Source of the DNA: Dehalococcoidia bacterium
GTDB taxonomy: Bacteria; Chloroflexota; Dehalococcoidia; UBA6926
DNA length: 64,000 nt
Direction: 5' to 3'
Assembly: GCA_965207115.1 (NCBI GenBank)
Contig: CBDBLR010000003.1
Span: 1,033,379 to 1,097,378, forward strand
The notes under the pieces are model-generated. The model was not told where the DNA came from and did no database searches. It saw only the letters and a program-made list of their open reading frames with translations. Shown piece by piece: positions 1 through 10,109 of the stretch. Position 1 is the stretch's first letter. Each line of letters opens with the position of its first letter. The translations under genes were made by a program, and so were the position numbers.

Positions 1-3000
1 TCTTGAAATCGACCACGTGCCACTCACCTTCCGTCTCATATGCGAGGTCGATGCTGCCGTGTACAGCGACGCCATCCCATGCCCACGAGAATGGCAGCTC
101 AAAGTGTTTTCGCGTCGCTGGATCGCGGAGTGTGGCGGCAAGGTCGGAGGTGTCGAAGTCATCCAGCATCGCGTTTATGTCCGCAACGACGTCGTTCAAG
201 TCTTCGTCGCTCAGCCGTGCGCCGATACTCCGCGCCAAGTCGCGCAAGTCTGGCCGGTTCTCAGTCTTGAACCATTCTTCAATTGCCGCATGGGCCAGCG
301 TTCCGCGTGTGAGCGCCAAGCGGTCCGGCCGACCAGAGAAGCCAACTCCATGGCCATCTTCCAGCGCGGTTGCGGGCGTGCTTGAGCGGATGGGAATCGC
401 GCCGTGGCGACCAAGCAGCGGGGTATCCGCCTCATGCTCATCTTCGGACTTGGGCACCATGAATTGTTGCGCCGGTGGATTGCGCCTCATGGCCTCCAGG
501 TCCACCGGCGTTGGGTTGTGAACATGGATATCCAGGTCGTTGTTGTTATCAAGAAATGCACCAAGCCAAGTGGGGGTGTCTCCACTGGGTTCGACGCCGC
601 TGACGACCAGCAAGTCGGCTGCGCGTGTGACTGCGACGTAAAGCAGTCGTTTCCTCTCCGCCGCATCCTCCAGGTCGTCTCGTTCCCTGAGAAAGTTGTA
701 GAGGGCAGGTCTGCTGCGAGGTTCGTCGATCTCAGAGACATCACGTTCCAATGTCATGGAGATGCCCGTTTCGGCATTCCACAGTACGGGTGGAGGCGGC
801 GGCCCCACTCTCGTCGTCCCTGCATCCCCTATAAACACAACCGGGAACTCCAGGCCTTTGGCGGAGTGGACGGTCAGAATCCTGACGGCATCAACGGCAT
901 CGAGGGCAGCCTGCGGTGCACGTGCTTCCAGTTCATCGCGGAGCATCTGGATGTGCTGCACAAATTCGTCCACGGACAATTCTCCCAAGCCCCTCGCAAG
1001 CCCCACGAATTGCCTGATGTTGGCCAGCGCCTGGTCTCCTCCTCGCAACGGCGCCCACGACGCCTCATAGTTCGTGAGGATCAGCGCACTCTCCAGCAGT
1101 TGTTCCGGCGTGGCGAGTCGAGATTCCTCTCGCAGTTGGTCGAGGGCCCGAGCCGCGTGGAGGCACAGTTGGCGCGTCTCCTGCCTGACTCCTGCGGGCG
1201 GATTGCGGAGAGAGGCCAAGATGTGGCTGCTTTCCAGGGGAGCTCGTGAATCCTTGCGAGCGGAACGCGCGGATTCGGTGAGGGAAATCAGGGACTCATC
1301 GTCGATGACGAAGAAGGGCGAGCGGAGAAGGCCGATGAGGGCGATAGAGTTGGCGGGTTCGGCCAGCCATTCCAACATATTTGTCAGGTCGACAATCTCC
1401 TCGCGCCTGTAGAAGTTGCCACCTGATGTGGTGCGATAGGGAATCCCGTGGTGTTCCAGCGCGCGTTCATATTCGTTCACATTGGTCATTCGGCGCAGGA
1501 GGATCACGATATCCCCCGGTTCAATGAGACGGTATTCTTTGTCGCCCTTGTCCCAGATTTCGCGTCTCTCGTCGATGAGCTGCCTTATCCGGCCTGCGAC
1601 GATGTGCGCCTCCATGCGCGTGCGCTGAGGTCCAGTCGGCTTGCTCTCGTCGTCGGGCTCCTTGAATTCCCGCGCGACTTGCAGCACCTCCACAGACGCC
1701 TTGCTTCCCGCCGAAGGACGTACTGCCTCCATCGGCTCCATCCGCGCCTCATAGTCCGCTTCCGGCTCGCCGAATACACCTTCCATGACTTTGTTAGTCG
1801 CCTCGACAAGCCTCCGATGGGAACGGTACGACGTGCTGAGGGCGACCATGGCGCCACTCTGAAGCCAGACCTCGTCCTTCAACCTGTTGAGGTTGCGGAC
1901 GTCGCTGCGCCGAAAGCGGAAGATGGACTGCTTGATGTCGCCCACGAAAAACCGTTCTGGGCGAGCGATGTCTGCCTCCACACCAACTCCCGCCAGGAGT
2001 CTCAGAAACAAATCCTGTGTGGGGTTGAGGTCCTGCGCCTCGTCGACAAGTACATGGCGGAATGTGGAGCGGTAGGATGCAGCCACTCCGGGGTGCGCTT
2101 TCAGTAGTTCGATGGCCTTCAATTCGAGGTCAAGGAAATCAAGAGCGGACTGCTCGCGTTTCTTGTCCTCGTATCGTCGGACGGCGTTCCTAAACAGCTC
2201 CCGCAGCGCGCCAAGAACCGTCATGGCCTCGGCATCCGCCTCATTCCAGATGAACGGCGCAAGGGATTTGTGAGCTTCACGAATTGCCCTGACGGAATCC
2301 CGGACTTCCTTAGGGGGATAGGCCCACGCGCCCCTTGTACCCCTGCCACCGGGGCTCTCAATCTCCGCGGCTAATCGCAGGCGCTCAACGAGGTCTTCAG
2401 TTGTGCCGCTTAGCGGATCCTTGAGCGCCTCAAGGACATCTGTGACCGTGGGGGTGAGGGTGTCGCTTTCTCCGGGGTTCTGCGCATTCGCGAGGAATTC
2501 ACGGTGCTCAGCGAGCGATCCGCGGAGTTCAGCGGCGCGAGGTTCCAGGAATTTGTCCAGCGTCCTCTTGACGTGGACTTCCCACTCCCGGGGTGTGTCG
2601 CCTCCCATCGCCTCGAAGGCGCGCTCAATTTCATCCCGTCGTTCAACCATTCGCGGCAGCGTTAGCCGAGTGGAATACGGCCCCAGACGCAGGATGGCCT
2701 CTGCCCCTTCCTCTTCCCCGGACGCCGCAGCCTCTATGGCGTCACGGCAGGCGGCAAGGATTTCAGCCTGCGCAAGGTTTTCGTCCAACACAGTCGCGCC
2801 GGGATCGATGCCTGACTCCACCGGGTTTTCCCTCAGCAGTTGAAGGCAGAGAGAGTGGATGGTGCCGATGATGGCGCGGTCAAGGTTTTGGCGGTGCGCA
2901 GACATATCCGAATCAGCCATGACGGCCTCACGAACACGGCCTCGCATCTCCGCTGCCGCTGCTTCCGTGAATGTGACGGCGACAAGCTGATCAATCTGAT

Positions 3001-3127
3001 GGTCTTTCAGCAGGCCGACGTAACGCTCAACGAGGACGCGTGTCTTTCCGCTGCCCGCGCCCGCCGTGACGATGACGTCTCGGCCGCGTTCGGTTACGGC
3101 TTGTTCCTGCTCGGGTGTGAGGTTCAT
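1..3127 (-). CDS. addA: ATP-dependent helicase/nuclease subunit A (AddA/UvrD-like), 5' partial, runs off left edge
   Basis: Reverse-strand translation from 3127 gives MNLTPEQEQAVTERGRDVIVTAGAGSGKTRVLVERY..., a UvrD-type Walker A helicase N-terminus. No stop occurs before the window edge (>1040 aa). The start ATG overlaps the addB stop in an ATGA (3124-3127). Confidence 0.8.
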   Translation of the reverse strand, partial: MNLTPEQEQAVTERGRDVIVTAGAGSGKTRVLVERYVGLLKDHQIDQLVAVTFTEAAAAEMRGRVREAVMADSDMSAHRQNLDRAIIGTIHSLCLQLLRENPVESGIDPGATVLDENLAQAEILAACRDAIEAAASGEEEGAEAILRLGPYSTRLTLPRMVERRDEIERAFEAMGGDTPREWEVHVKRTLDKFLEPRAAELRGSLAEHREFLANAQNPGESDTLTPTVTDVLEALKDPLSGTTEDLVERLRLAAEIESPGGRGTRGAWAYPPKEVRDSVRAIREAHKSLAPFIWNEADAEAMTVLGALRELFRNAVRRYEDKKREQSALDFLDLELKAIELLKAHPGVAASYRSTFRHVLVDEAQDLNPTQDLFLRLLAGVGVEADIARPERFFVGDIKQSIFRFRRSDVRNLNRLKDEVWLQSGAMVALSTSYRSHRRLVEATNKVMEGVFGEPEADYEARMEPMEAVRPSAGSKASVEVLQVAREFKEPDDESKPTGPQRTRMEAHIVAGRIRQLIDERREIWDKGDKEYRLIEPGDIVILLRRMTNVNEYERALEHHGIPYRTTSGGNFYRREEIVDLTNMLEWLAEPANSIALIGLLRSPFFVIDDESLISLTESARSARKDSRAPLESSHILASLRNPPAGVRQETRQLCLHAARALDQLREESRLATPEQLLESALILTNYEASWAPLRGGDQALANIRQFVGLARGLGELSVDEFVQHIQMLRDELEARAPQAALDAVDAVRILTVHSAKGLEFPVVFIGDAGTTRVGPPPPPVLWNAETGISMTLERDVSEIDEPRSRPALYNFLRERDDLEDAAERKRLLYVAVTRAADLLVVSGVEPSGDTPTWLGAFLDNNNDLDIHVHNPTPVDLEAMRRNPPAQQFMVPKSEDEHEADTPLLGRHGAIPIRSSTPATALEDGHGVGFSGRPDRLALTRGTLAHAAIEEWFKTENRPDLRDLARSIGARLSDEDLNDVVADINAMLDDFDTSDLAATLRDPATRKHFELPFSWAWDGVAVHGSIDLAYETEGEWHVVDFK

Positions 3128-6021
3128 CGCTTATGACGACTCAGCGCGTTGACGCGGCAGACGTATTTCATGGCGCAGTATGGAGGGCATCGATCCGGCG
3201 TGGGATTGACGCGGAAATCACCACCGTCTACCGCATTTCGCTTCTCCTGGAGAATGTTCTTGACGCCGTTGATGACCCGGTCATCCTCTTCAATAGCGCT
3301 GTCCAGCGTCCATCGTCTGGCGTCACTGCGAGCGGGCAGTTTCCAATACTCCAGGCGGAGTCGGGCATCCTTAGTCTCCTCACGGCTACGGAGCGCGAGG
3401 GCATACAAAGCCAATTGGGTGCTCTTGCCCTCCCGAACGTCCTTCTGGGTAGGAATGGAGCCCGTCTTGTAGTCGATTATGGTGAGGCCATCCGGAGTCT
3501 CATCAACCCGGTCGATGAACCCGCGGATCCTGAGCGGCGGGTTCATATCAACAGTCTCGTCAAATTGGTGTTCCGCATCCAGCACGCGATAGCCGTCTTC
3601 AAGGCCCACGGCCAGTGTTCCCTGCTCCAACATGCTGATGATGCGATCTCGATAGCGCGGCCATTCCAGCCGCCACAGGGCGGCCTGGCCGAAGTTGTAG
3701 TTTTCGGGGGCGCTTAGCCATTTGTCTTTGCCCCTGGAGTCTATGTACTCGATGACGGTCTTGATGGTCTCATCGGAGAACGGCAGACGCTGTTCTATCA
3801 GAGGCTCGAATGCATCCTCCAGAATTGCGTGGATGACAGTGCCGCGCATCGCGCCGTCGCCTTCATCCGGTTCGTCTTCGAGTTCGTTGAGTCCAAGAAC
3901 ACGGCTGCCGAAGAACTGGAACGAGCACGTCAAATATGAGTCCAACGATGACGCGCTCCATGCCCCGCCCTCTCGCGTGAATTTCGGCGCCAGACCGCTC
4001 GAAATCTGACCTTCGTATTTGCCCGCAAATTCAAACGACCGCCGTTTCTGCTCTACAGAGGCGGCGATACGAACGACGTCCCACGGATCGGTCTCCACCC
4101 GGCGAGGCGGGCGGACCGACTTACCATTAACCCAACCCATCGAACTGGCAATTGCAAGCTCTCGAACCGACGCCGATTCGCCGATTTCCTGGATGTCGGG
4201 ACGAGTCTCTATATCAGACTTGACGTCCTGGAACATCCATGCAGGGGTGGCCTCTTTGCCCGCACTGTTGAGTCGGTAACGCCACAGAGCCGTTGAACCA
4301 TCAGCGCGGGACGTGCCAGATTGCCAAAGTTCTTCTTCGGTAGAGCGCGGAGCGGGTGGAAGTTGGAGGCCGGCTGCAGTCAATTCCTCGCGCATTGTTT
4401 CGCTAAGGAGGTCACCGTAGCGACGGCCTGCCGGAAATTCGCCTTCTGACAGCCCGCCCACCATGACATGCTTGAAACGCAGGCCGTGCATGGTGTGCAT
4501 GGGGGCGAGGAGAACGCCGCCGGGCGTCTTCCGCAAGAGAACCGGCATGGCGAGACGGCGATCCAGGCGTTCACGGAACCGTTCGAACGGTTCCTCCTCA
4601 TTGCCTGCGTCATCGACCTCTTGCCGCGCATCTGACATTTCGGTCAGATAGGATTGCAACTGTTCGATGCTCTGCGCCGTTTCTTCGTCCACATCCTGCG
4701 GATCCCGCAGCCAGCCGTTCTCTCCATAGAGCGCATTGGCCAACAACCCCGCTCGGTCGGTGGAGTCCGCCTCAAGGCTCTCATGCAGTCCACGCAGGGA
4801 AGACAGCGCGGCGGCGAAACCGGAAGGACTATTGGCGGCCAGGCCCTCGAGTGTGTCGGAACCTGACCAATGCTTGTTCTCCCGCGCAGTTTGGGCGATG
4901 TAATCCAGGTCGCCGTGCGTGAGGCCCCAACGATTGAGGTTAACGACGCCGCTGCGAAGAATGGCGATGACATCCTTGACGCGCCATCCGTTGTCCTTGA
5001 CGCCTAGCAGTCGATTCAGCCAAGAGCCAAGCGGCGTATCGCGCAGGCGCGCGCCTGCCGCCGGGTCAAGCGGGATGTCATATTCCATAAAGATGCGGCG
5101 CATCATGGCGAGATAGGGCGTGACCTGACGGAACGTGACAGCGCAGTCGGATGGCCTTAGGGTCGGATCTTTAGCCAGATGAGCTTTGATTTGTCGGGCG
5201 ATCTCCCGTGCGTGCTGCTCCGGATTGGCCGCCTCTCCCTTTGTCACGGTGGGGGGGTTGTCGTCAGGATCAGTGGAGGGTTCGCCGTATCGTGCGGCGG
5301 GCCACTGATTCTGGAGGCGCTGGTAGTCGAATTCGGATCGCTGAGAGACCTCGGGATCAATGCTGACTGTGATGTCTGCGCGCTCAGACAGGGCCGAGAG
5401 TAGTGTCAGTTCCCCTGCCGTGAATCGCTGGAATCCGTCCACCATGACGCGGCTCGGCACGTCCACGCCGTTTCGCACGGCCCTCGCCGCCCATTCATTT
5501 ACCTGTGAGGGGTGTATCAGTAGTTTTTCGGCAAGCTCCGTCTTGTAGGCAGCATAGATGGCTGCCAAGGCGCGAGCCGGTACTGAGCCAGTTTTCGCTG
5601 CCGCAGTTGCCAATGAACCCGGGGCAATGTCCTCTTCAAGGAGGCTCCCAACAGCTGACCCAATCATTGGCACAAAGCCCGCCATAGCAGCGATGGGCCT
5701 GAAATAGTCGGCGTTTCCACCCCGTGCGACAGTTCTCCGCGCCACACGCGCCAACTGGTCCGTTGCTCTCGCTGTGCTCAGGATTGGCGAGCCTTCCGTT
5801 AGGCCGCGTGCAAACATGGTGAGCGTTTCCACGCGCAGATTCATGGCGACGCCGCACCCCTGCACGAGACGCCTACGAAACTGATCCGCGTGGCGGATGG
5901 TAGGCACGAGGACGAGCGCTTCGGCGAACGGGTCTGAGCGATATAGGTCTGCAAGGCGCGCGACTATTTCCCGCGTCTTTCCGCTGCCCGACCCGCCTGT
6001 GATGATCTCAACGCTCGGCAT
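3124..6021 (-). CDS. addB: helicase-nuclease subunit B (AddB-type, Fe-S nuclease domain)
   Basis: 965 aa. N-terminal GGSGSGKT Walker A and a C-terminal CPPYCAMKYVC cysteine cluster typical of the AddB iron-sulfur RecB-like nuclease. Translationally coupled to the downstream UvrD-like gene. Confidence 0.8.
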   Translation of the reverse strand: MPSVEIITGGSGSGKTREIVARLADLYRSDPFAEALVLVPTIRHADQFRRRLVQGCGVAMNLRVETLTMFARGLTEGSPILSTARATDQLARVARRTVARGGNADYFRPIAAMAGFVPMIGSAVGSLLEEDIAPGSLATAAAKTGSVPARALAAIYAAYKTELAEKLLIHPSQVNEWAARAVRNGVDVPSRVMVDGFQRFTAGELTLLSALSERADITVSIDPEVSQRSEFDYQRLQNQWPAARYGEPSTDPDDNPPTVTKGEAANPEQHAREIARQIKAHLAKDPTLRPSDCAVTFRQVTPYLAMMRRIFMEYDIPLDPAAGARLRDTPLGSWLNRLLGVKDNGWRVKDVIAILRSGVVNLNRWGLTHGDLDYIAQTARENKHWSGSDTLEGLAANSPSGFAAALSSLRGLHESLEADSTDRAGLLANALYGENGWLRDPQDVDEETAQSIEQLQSYLTEMSDARQEVDDAGNEEEPFERFRERLDRRLAMPVLLRKTPGGVLLAPMHTMHGLRFKHVMVGGLSEGEFPAGRRYGDLLSETMREELTAAGLQLPPAPRSTEEELWQSGTSRADGSTALWRYRLNSAGKEATPAWMFQDVKSDIETRPDIQEIGESASVRELAIASSMGWVNGKSVRPPRRVETDPWDVVRIAASVEQKRRSFEFAGKYEGQISSGLAPKFTREGGAWSASSLDSYLTCSFQFFGSRVLGLNELEDEPDEGDGAMRGTVIHAILEDAFEPLIEQRLPFSDETIKTVIEYIDSRGKDKWLSAPENYNFGQAALWRLEWPRYRDRIISMLEQGTLAVGLEDGYRVLDAEHQFDETVDMNPPLRIRGFIDRVDETPDGLTIIDYKTGSIPTQKDVREGKSTQLALYALALRSREETKDARLRLEYWKLPARSDARRWTLDSAIEEDDRVINGVKNILQEKRNAVDGGDFRVNPTPDRCPPYCAMKYVCRVNALSRHKR

Positions 6022-6083
6022 GCTGCAATTGTAGGAAAGAATGAGGGAACGCGTCCGTCTAAGCAGCCCCGTACACTATTTCC

Positions 6084-6599
6084 ATGACTTTCCTTGAGGC
6101 GACCGTCCTTGTCACACGTTGGGCGCACGTCATCGCCACCGTCGCATGGATCGGTGGCAATATCTTCTACCTGACAGCGTTGCGGCCTGCGATGCGGCAA
6201 AGCCAGGGGGTTTCGCCCGATCTTCCCCGTCTCATCGGAGAGCGATTCAAGCAGACCGTCGACCTTGCCATGTGGGTGCTGATTATCACCGGCGCGCTGC
6301 TTATCTACGACCGTCTCACGCAAGAAATCGGCTTTGGCTACGCGGTGATCTTGGGCGTTAAGCTCGCGCTTTCTGCTGCCATGTTTCTCATCGCGATTTC
6401 GCTTGGCAGGCGAGGGCCACGGCGTCGCTCGTCGCCTGTTGAGGGGCTATGGAGCGAGATCTTGCCCGGGCCTCTCACACGCCTCGTCGCAGATGCCGGA
6501 TCATCGCTGGCCCGCTTTGCCTCACCCACCAATGTGCTGTTTGTCCTTGGCCCTGTCGTGATTCTGTTAGGGCTGTTGCTGAGGTTTGTGGGGGGATAA
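6084..6599 (+). CDS. hypothetical polytopic membrane protein (CopD-like/DUF-type)
   Basis: 171 aa with four or five hydrophobic helices. Divergent from addB. No recognisable catalytic motif. Confidence 0.5.
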   Translation: MTFLEATVLVTRWAHVIATVAWIGGNIFYLTALRPAMRQSQGVSPDLPRLIGERFKQTVDLAMWVLIITGALLIYDRLTQEIGFGYAVILGVKLALSAAMFLIAISLGRRGPRRRSSPVEGLWSEILPGPLTRLVADAGSSLARFASPTNVLFVLGPVVILLGLLLRFVGG

Positions 6600-6750
6600 C
6601 GCCTAATCCACCCTCCTCTTGCCTTTCCCATTATCCGGTGGAAGCCAGAATCCATTGGGTCTGACTATATCGCCGCAAAACTAGACAGATTATTCCCATC
6701 GCGGGATGATACGCGCACAATCGGCAGCGGGCCGGATGGGGGAGGCTGTC

Positions 6751-9162
6751 ATGACTGACCGGAACGGAAGCGATGCCACGGCTCTTGGACACTTACGCGT
6801 CCTTGACCTGGGCGGCCCGACGCCGCAGTTCGCCACCCGCCTGCTGGGCGACCTCGGCGCGGACGTCATCAAGATTGAGCCGCCCGACGGCGACCCTCTC
6901 CGCAACCAGGGTCCGTTTGCGGGCAGTCAGCGCGACCCCGAACGCAGCATCCTGTTCATTTCTGACAACCACAACAAGCGCAGCGTTGTCCTTGATCTCG
7001 AAACCGAGGATGGCCGTGATTCGCTCCGCCGTCTTGCCGCCACAGCGGATGTCATCGTGGAGTGCTTTGATCGCACTTACCTTGATGACCTCGGTATTGG
7101 GTATGAAGCTCTATCAGCGGCCAACCCTCGACTCGTATTTGCCTCTGTCAGTCCTTACGGCCGATCCGGCCCGCGCCGCGACTACGTTGGTACGGAGTTA
7201 ACCGTGCAGGCCATGACCGGAGTGATGTATATCCACGGCGACAGCGAGGCGCGCCCATGCATCGTTCCAGTGGAGCAGCTTTACCGAGTGGCCGGATTCC
7301 ATACAGTTGTCGGCGTTATGGCCGCCGTGCGCGCCCGCCATCTAACCGGCCGAGGCCAGCAGGTAGACATCTCACTGCAGGATGTCGGCCTCTGGCAGTT
7401 GATGACCGTACTCGGCGAGTATTCATTCTCGCAGTACATCAGGCGGCGGGCCGGGTCCGCGCCCAGCAATCCCGGCGTCTCCATCTTTGAATCACGGGAC
7501 GGCGGTTACGTCCAGACCTCGACGTATATGGATCGCCATTACACGCGCCTCGCGGATTGGCTTGGCTCTGACGACGTGACACCGGAAAACATGCTCAGTC
7601 CTGTTTGGCGGCGGGAAAACATTGACCTTATCGATGCCGTCATGGTGGATCACATCGCGCAGATTGACCGCGATGACTTTGTCGACGAGGGTCAGCGCCG
7701 CGGCATCCCTTCAACAGCGATCCACAGGGTCTCCGAGTTCGTCAACCACCCGCACCCAAACTCCCGAGACTGGTTCGAGGACGCAGAGCATCCTGTCATC
7801 GGCAGCTACAGGACTGCGGGCGCCCCGTTCCGCATGTCTCGTACTCCCTGGCGCATCAGAACGCCCGCCCCCTCCATCGGCCAGCACACGGACGAAGTTC
7901 TTTCTGAAATTCGTCCGCCCGTGCCCGCTGGGGCTGCAATGAACGGGGCGAGTGGCAATCAGGGAGCCGCTCGCATCAAGCCGCTCGACGGTATCCGTGT
8001 CGTTGATTTCACGCAGGCTGTTGCTGGGCCGGTTGCCACAGGATTCCTCGCGTTCCTGGGCGCAGACGTCATCAAAATCGAAACGGACGCCCATCCGATG
8101 GCGCGCAGGCCCGACGCTCCCGCGTTCGCGGAACTCAATCGCGGCAAGCGCAGCGTCACTATTAACGCCCAGAACACTGAAGGCCTGGAGGTGGTCAAGC
8201 GGCTCATTGCCGAATCGGACGTCGTCATCGACAACTGGCGGGCGGGCGTCATGGATCGCATGGGCCTCGGCTACGAGGAACTGGCCAAGGTAAAGGCGGA
8301 CATCATCTCCGTCCAGATGCCCGGCCTCGGTCTTACCGGCCCCTCGCATCACTTCACCACCTACGGCCAGATGATCTTCGGATTTTGCGGACTCGGCTAC
8401 ATCTGGGGCCATGCCGACGCCCCCATGACCACCCGTCCCAAGCTCGGGTACACGGACTACGTAGCAGGCTCCGCCACTGTGGGCGCAATTCTGACCGCCC
8501 TTGAGCACCGTGCCCAGACTGGCGAGGGGCAGTTTATTGAAGTTGCCCAGCTTGAGGGACTCGCCTCCACGCTGGGCACGCTTTACATGGACTACACCAT
8601 CAATGGCGTCGATGCTGTGGCGAACGGCAACAACTCGGAGCGGTTCGCCCCCCACGAGGTCTATCCGTGTGTGGGCCACGACGCCTGGTGCGCCATCGTC
8701 TGCCGCGACGATGACGATTGGCGTCGAATGGTCAAGGCCATGGACTCGCCCGCATGGGCGCAGGAGAGCAAGTGGGACACGCTGGAGGGGCGGGTAGCCA
8801 ACAAAGAAGAGCTTGACCGTCGCATCGGCGAATGGACAGCCACCTTGAATCCCCAGCAGGTCTTTGACCGACTCCAACGCAACGGCGTTCCCGCCGGCAT
8901 GGATCAGGGCCCGGACAAACTGGTGTGGGACCCGCACCTGCGTGAGCGAGGCGCAGTGGTCATTGTCGCGCCGCCCGCCCCATGGAATGTCGGCCCCCCA
9001 CTCACGCACCCTGCCCTAACCGCGCGCCTCTCGGAAACACCCGGACAGTCAGACATTCCCGCACCTACTTCCGGCCAACATAACGAAGACATCTACCACA
9101 ATGTCCTGCGCCTGACAGATGACGAGATAAGCAGGCTAACCGAAAGCGGCGCACTGGTTTAG
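6751..9162 (+). CDS. tandem-duplicated (fused) family III CoA-transferase (CaiB/BaiF family)
   Basis: Two complete CaiB-like modules in one chain: LRVLDLGGPTPQFATRLLGDLGADVIKIEP... and again IKPLDGIRVVDFTQAVAGPVATGFLAFLGADVIKIET.... GGAGG lies 5 nt upstream of the ATG at 6751; the ORF track starts it at 6706. Confidence 0.75.
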   Translation: MTDRNGSDATALGHLRVLDLGGPTPQFATRLLGDLGADVIKIEPPDGDPLRNQGPFAGSQRDPERSILFISDNHNKRSVVLDLETEDGRDSLRRLAATADVIVECFDRTYLDDLGIGYEALSAANPRLVFASVSPYGRSGPRRDYVGTELTVQAMTGVMYIHGDSEARPCIVPVEQLYRVAGFHTVVGVMAAVRARHLTGRGQQVDISLQDVGLWQLMTVLGEYSFSQYIRRRAGSAPSNPGVSIFESRDGGYVQTSTYMDRHYTRLADWLGSDDVTPENMLSPVWRRENIDLIDAVMVDHIAQIDRDDFVDEGQRRGIPSTAIHRVSEFVNHPHPNSRDWFEDAEHPVIGSYRTAGAPFRMSRTPWRIRTPAPSIGQHTDEVLSEIRPPVPAGAAMNGASGNQGAARIKPLDGIRVVDFTQAVAGPVATGFLAFLGADVIKIETDAHPMARRPDAPAFAELNRGKRSVTINAQNTEGLEVVKRLIAESDVVIDNWRAGVMDRMGLGYEELAKVKADIISVQMPGLGLTGPSHHFTTYGQMIFGFCGLGYIWGHADAPMTTRPKLGYTDYVAGSATVGAILTALEHRAQTGEGQFIEVAQLEGLASTLGTLYMDYTINGVDAVANGNNSERFAPHEVYPCVGHDAWCAIVCRDDDDWRRMVKAMDSPAWAQESKWDTLEGRVANKEELDRRIGEWTATLNPQQVFDRLQRNGVPAGMDQGPDKLVWDPHLRERGAVVIVAPPAPWNVGPPLTHPALTARLSETPGQSDIPAPTSGQHNEDIYHNVLRLTDDEISRLTESGALV

Positions 9163-9198
9163 CTGAAACACGATTGAACCGAAGGAGGCACCCACGCC

Positions 9199-10086
9199 AT
9201 GACGACATACGAAAATATCCTGTATGAGCCGCAGAGGAACGGTGTGTTGATCACGCTGAATCGGCCTGAGGCGATGAATTCCCTCAGTGTCGAGTTGCGG
9301 GCCGATTTGAACGCCGCACTGGATGAGGCCGAGAAGGACGACTCCATCCGCTACATCATTCTCACCGGCGCGGGCAGGGCCTTCTCTGCGGGCGCAAACA
9401 TGCGCGGCTCCCGCGATGGCTCGCTCCCTCCCGTCGTGTGGCCTTACGGCCTACGCGAGGGGCAGTCCGTCGCCGAGTTCCTGGACTCATGGCGCGACGG
9501 CGATCGCAACGGCATTCGCGACCAGATGCGTCGTTGGGAGTACCCAAAGCCCATCATCGGCGCGATCAACGGCTGGGCGCTTGGCGCGGCATCCTGGCTT
9601 GCGCTGACTACCCACATCACCATTGCCTCTGAAAACGCCGTCTTTGGCCAACCGGAGGTGCGCCATATCTCCAACACTAACTTCATCTGGGTGCTGTTGG
9701 CGGGCTACAAGAACGCCCTGCGCTACGCCCTAACCGGCGACCACATCGACGCACAGGAGGCGCTTCGCATCGGTATTGTCAACAAGGTTGTCCCGCATGA
9801 TGACCTGCTTGAGGAATGCTTCTACATCGGCGAGCGCATCGCCCTCGTGTCCCCGGAGACCGTCAAGATCAACCTGCACGTCGCCACGTTGGGTCTGGAG
9901 ATGATGGGACTCGACAAGGCTTGGAGCATGAACGCCGAGCTTGCAGCCCTCGCGCATACTTCGCAGCGCGAAGATTTCAAGCGGCACCTGGACGATGCCA
10001 ACGAGAATGGCGGGCTCCGCAGCTACATCGAGACGCGCGACGCCCCATTCCAGCCGGAACCGTTTGGGCCACGTGCTCGTCGCTAA
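9199..10086 (+). CDS. enoyl-CoA hydratase/isomerase (crotonase family)
   Basis: Crotonase signature ILTGAGRAFSAGANM near the N-terminus. An AAGGAGG RBS precedes the start. Adjacent to the CoA-transferase. Confidence 0.8.
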   Translation: MTTYENILYEPQRNGVLITLNRPEAMNSLSVELRADLNAALDEAEKDDSIRYIILTGAGRAFSAGANMRGSRDGSLPPVVWPYGLREGQSVAEFLDSWRDGDRNGIRDQMRRWEYPKPIIGAINGWALGAASWLALTTHITIASENAVFGQPEVRHISNTNFIWVLLAGYKNALRYALTGDHIDAQEALRIGIVNKVVPHDDLLEECFYIGERIALVSPETVKINLHVATLGLEMMGLDKAWSMNAELAALAHTSQREDFKRHLDDANENGGLRSYIETRDAPFQPEPFGPRARR

Positions 10087-10109
10087 ACCCAACCGTCAAA
10101 GGATTTCAG

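Noticed and set aside
3-3136. Numerous plus-strand ORFs (e.g. 404-1249, 1448-2107, 2403-2843) across the first 3 kb
   Set aside because: They are antisense to a continuous minus-strand UvrD/AddA-like helicase-nuclease reading frame with a clear Walker A N-terminus, and are GC-rich antisense artefacts.
7711-9009. 432-aa minus-strand ORF
   Set aside because: Antisense to the well-supported fused CoA-transferase gene. No motifs; typical high-GC shadow ORF.
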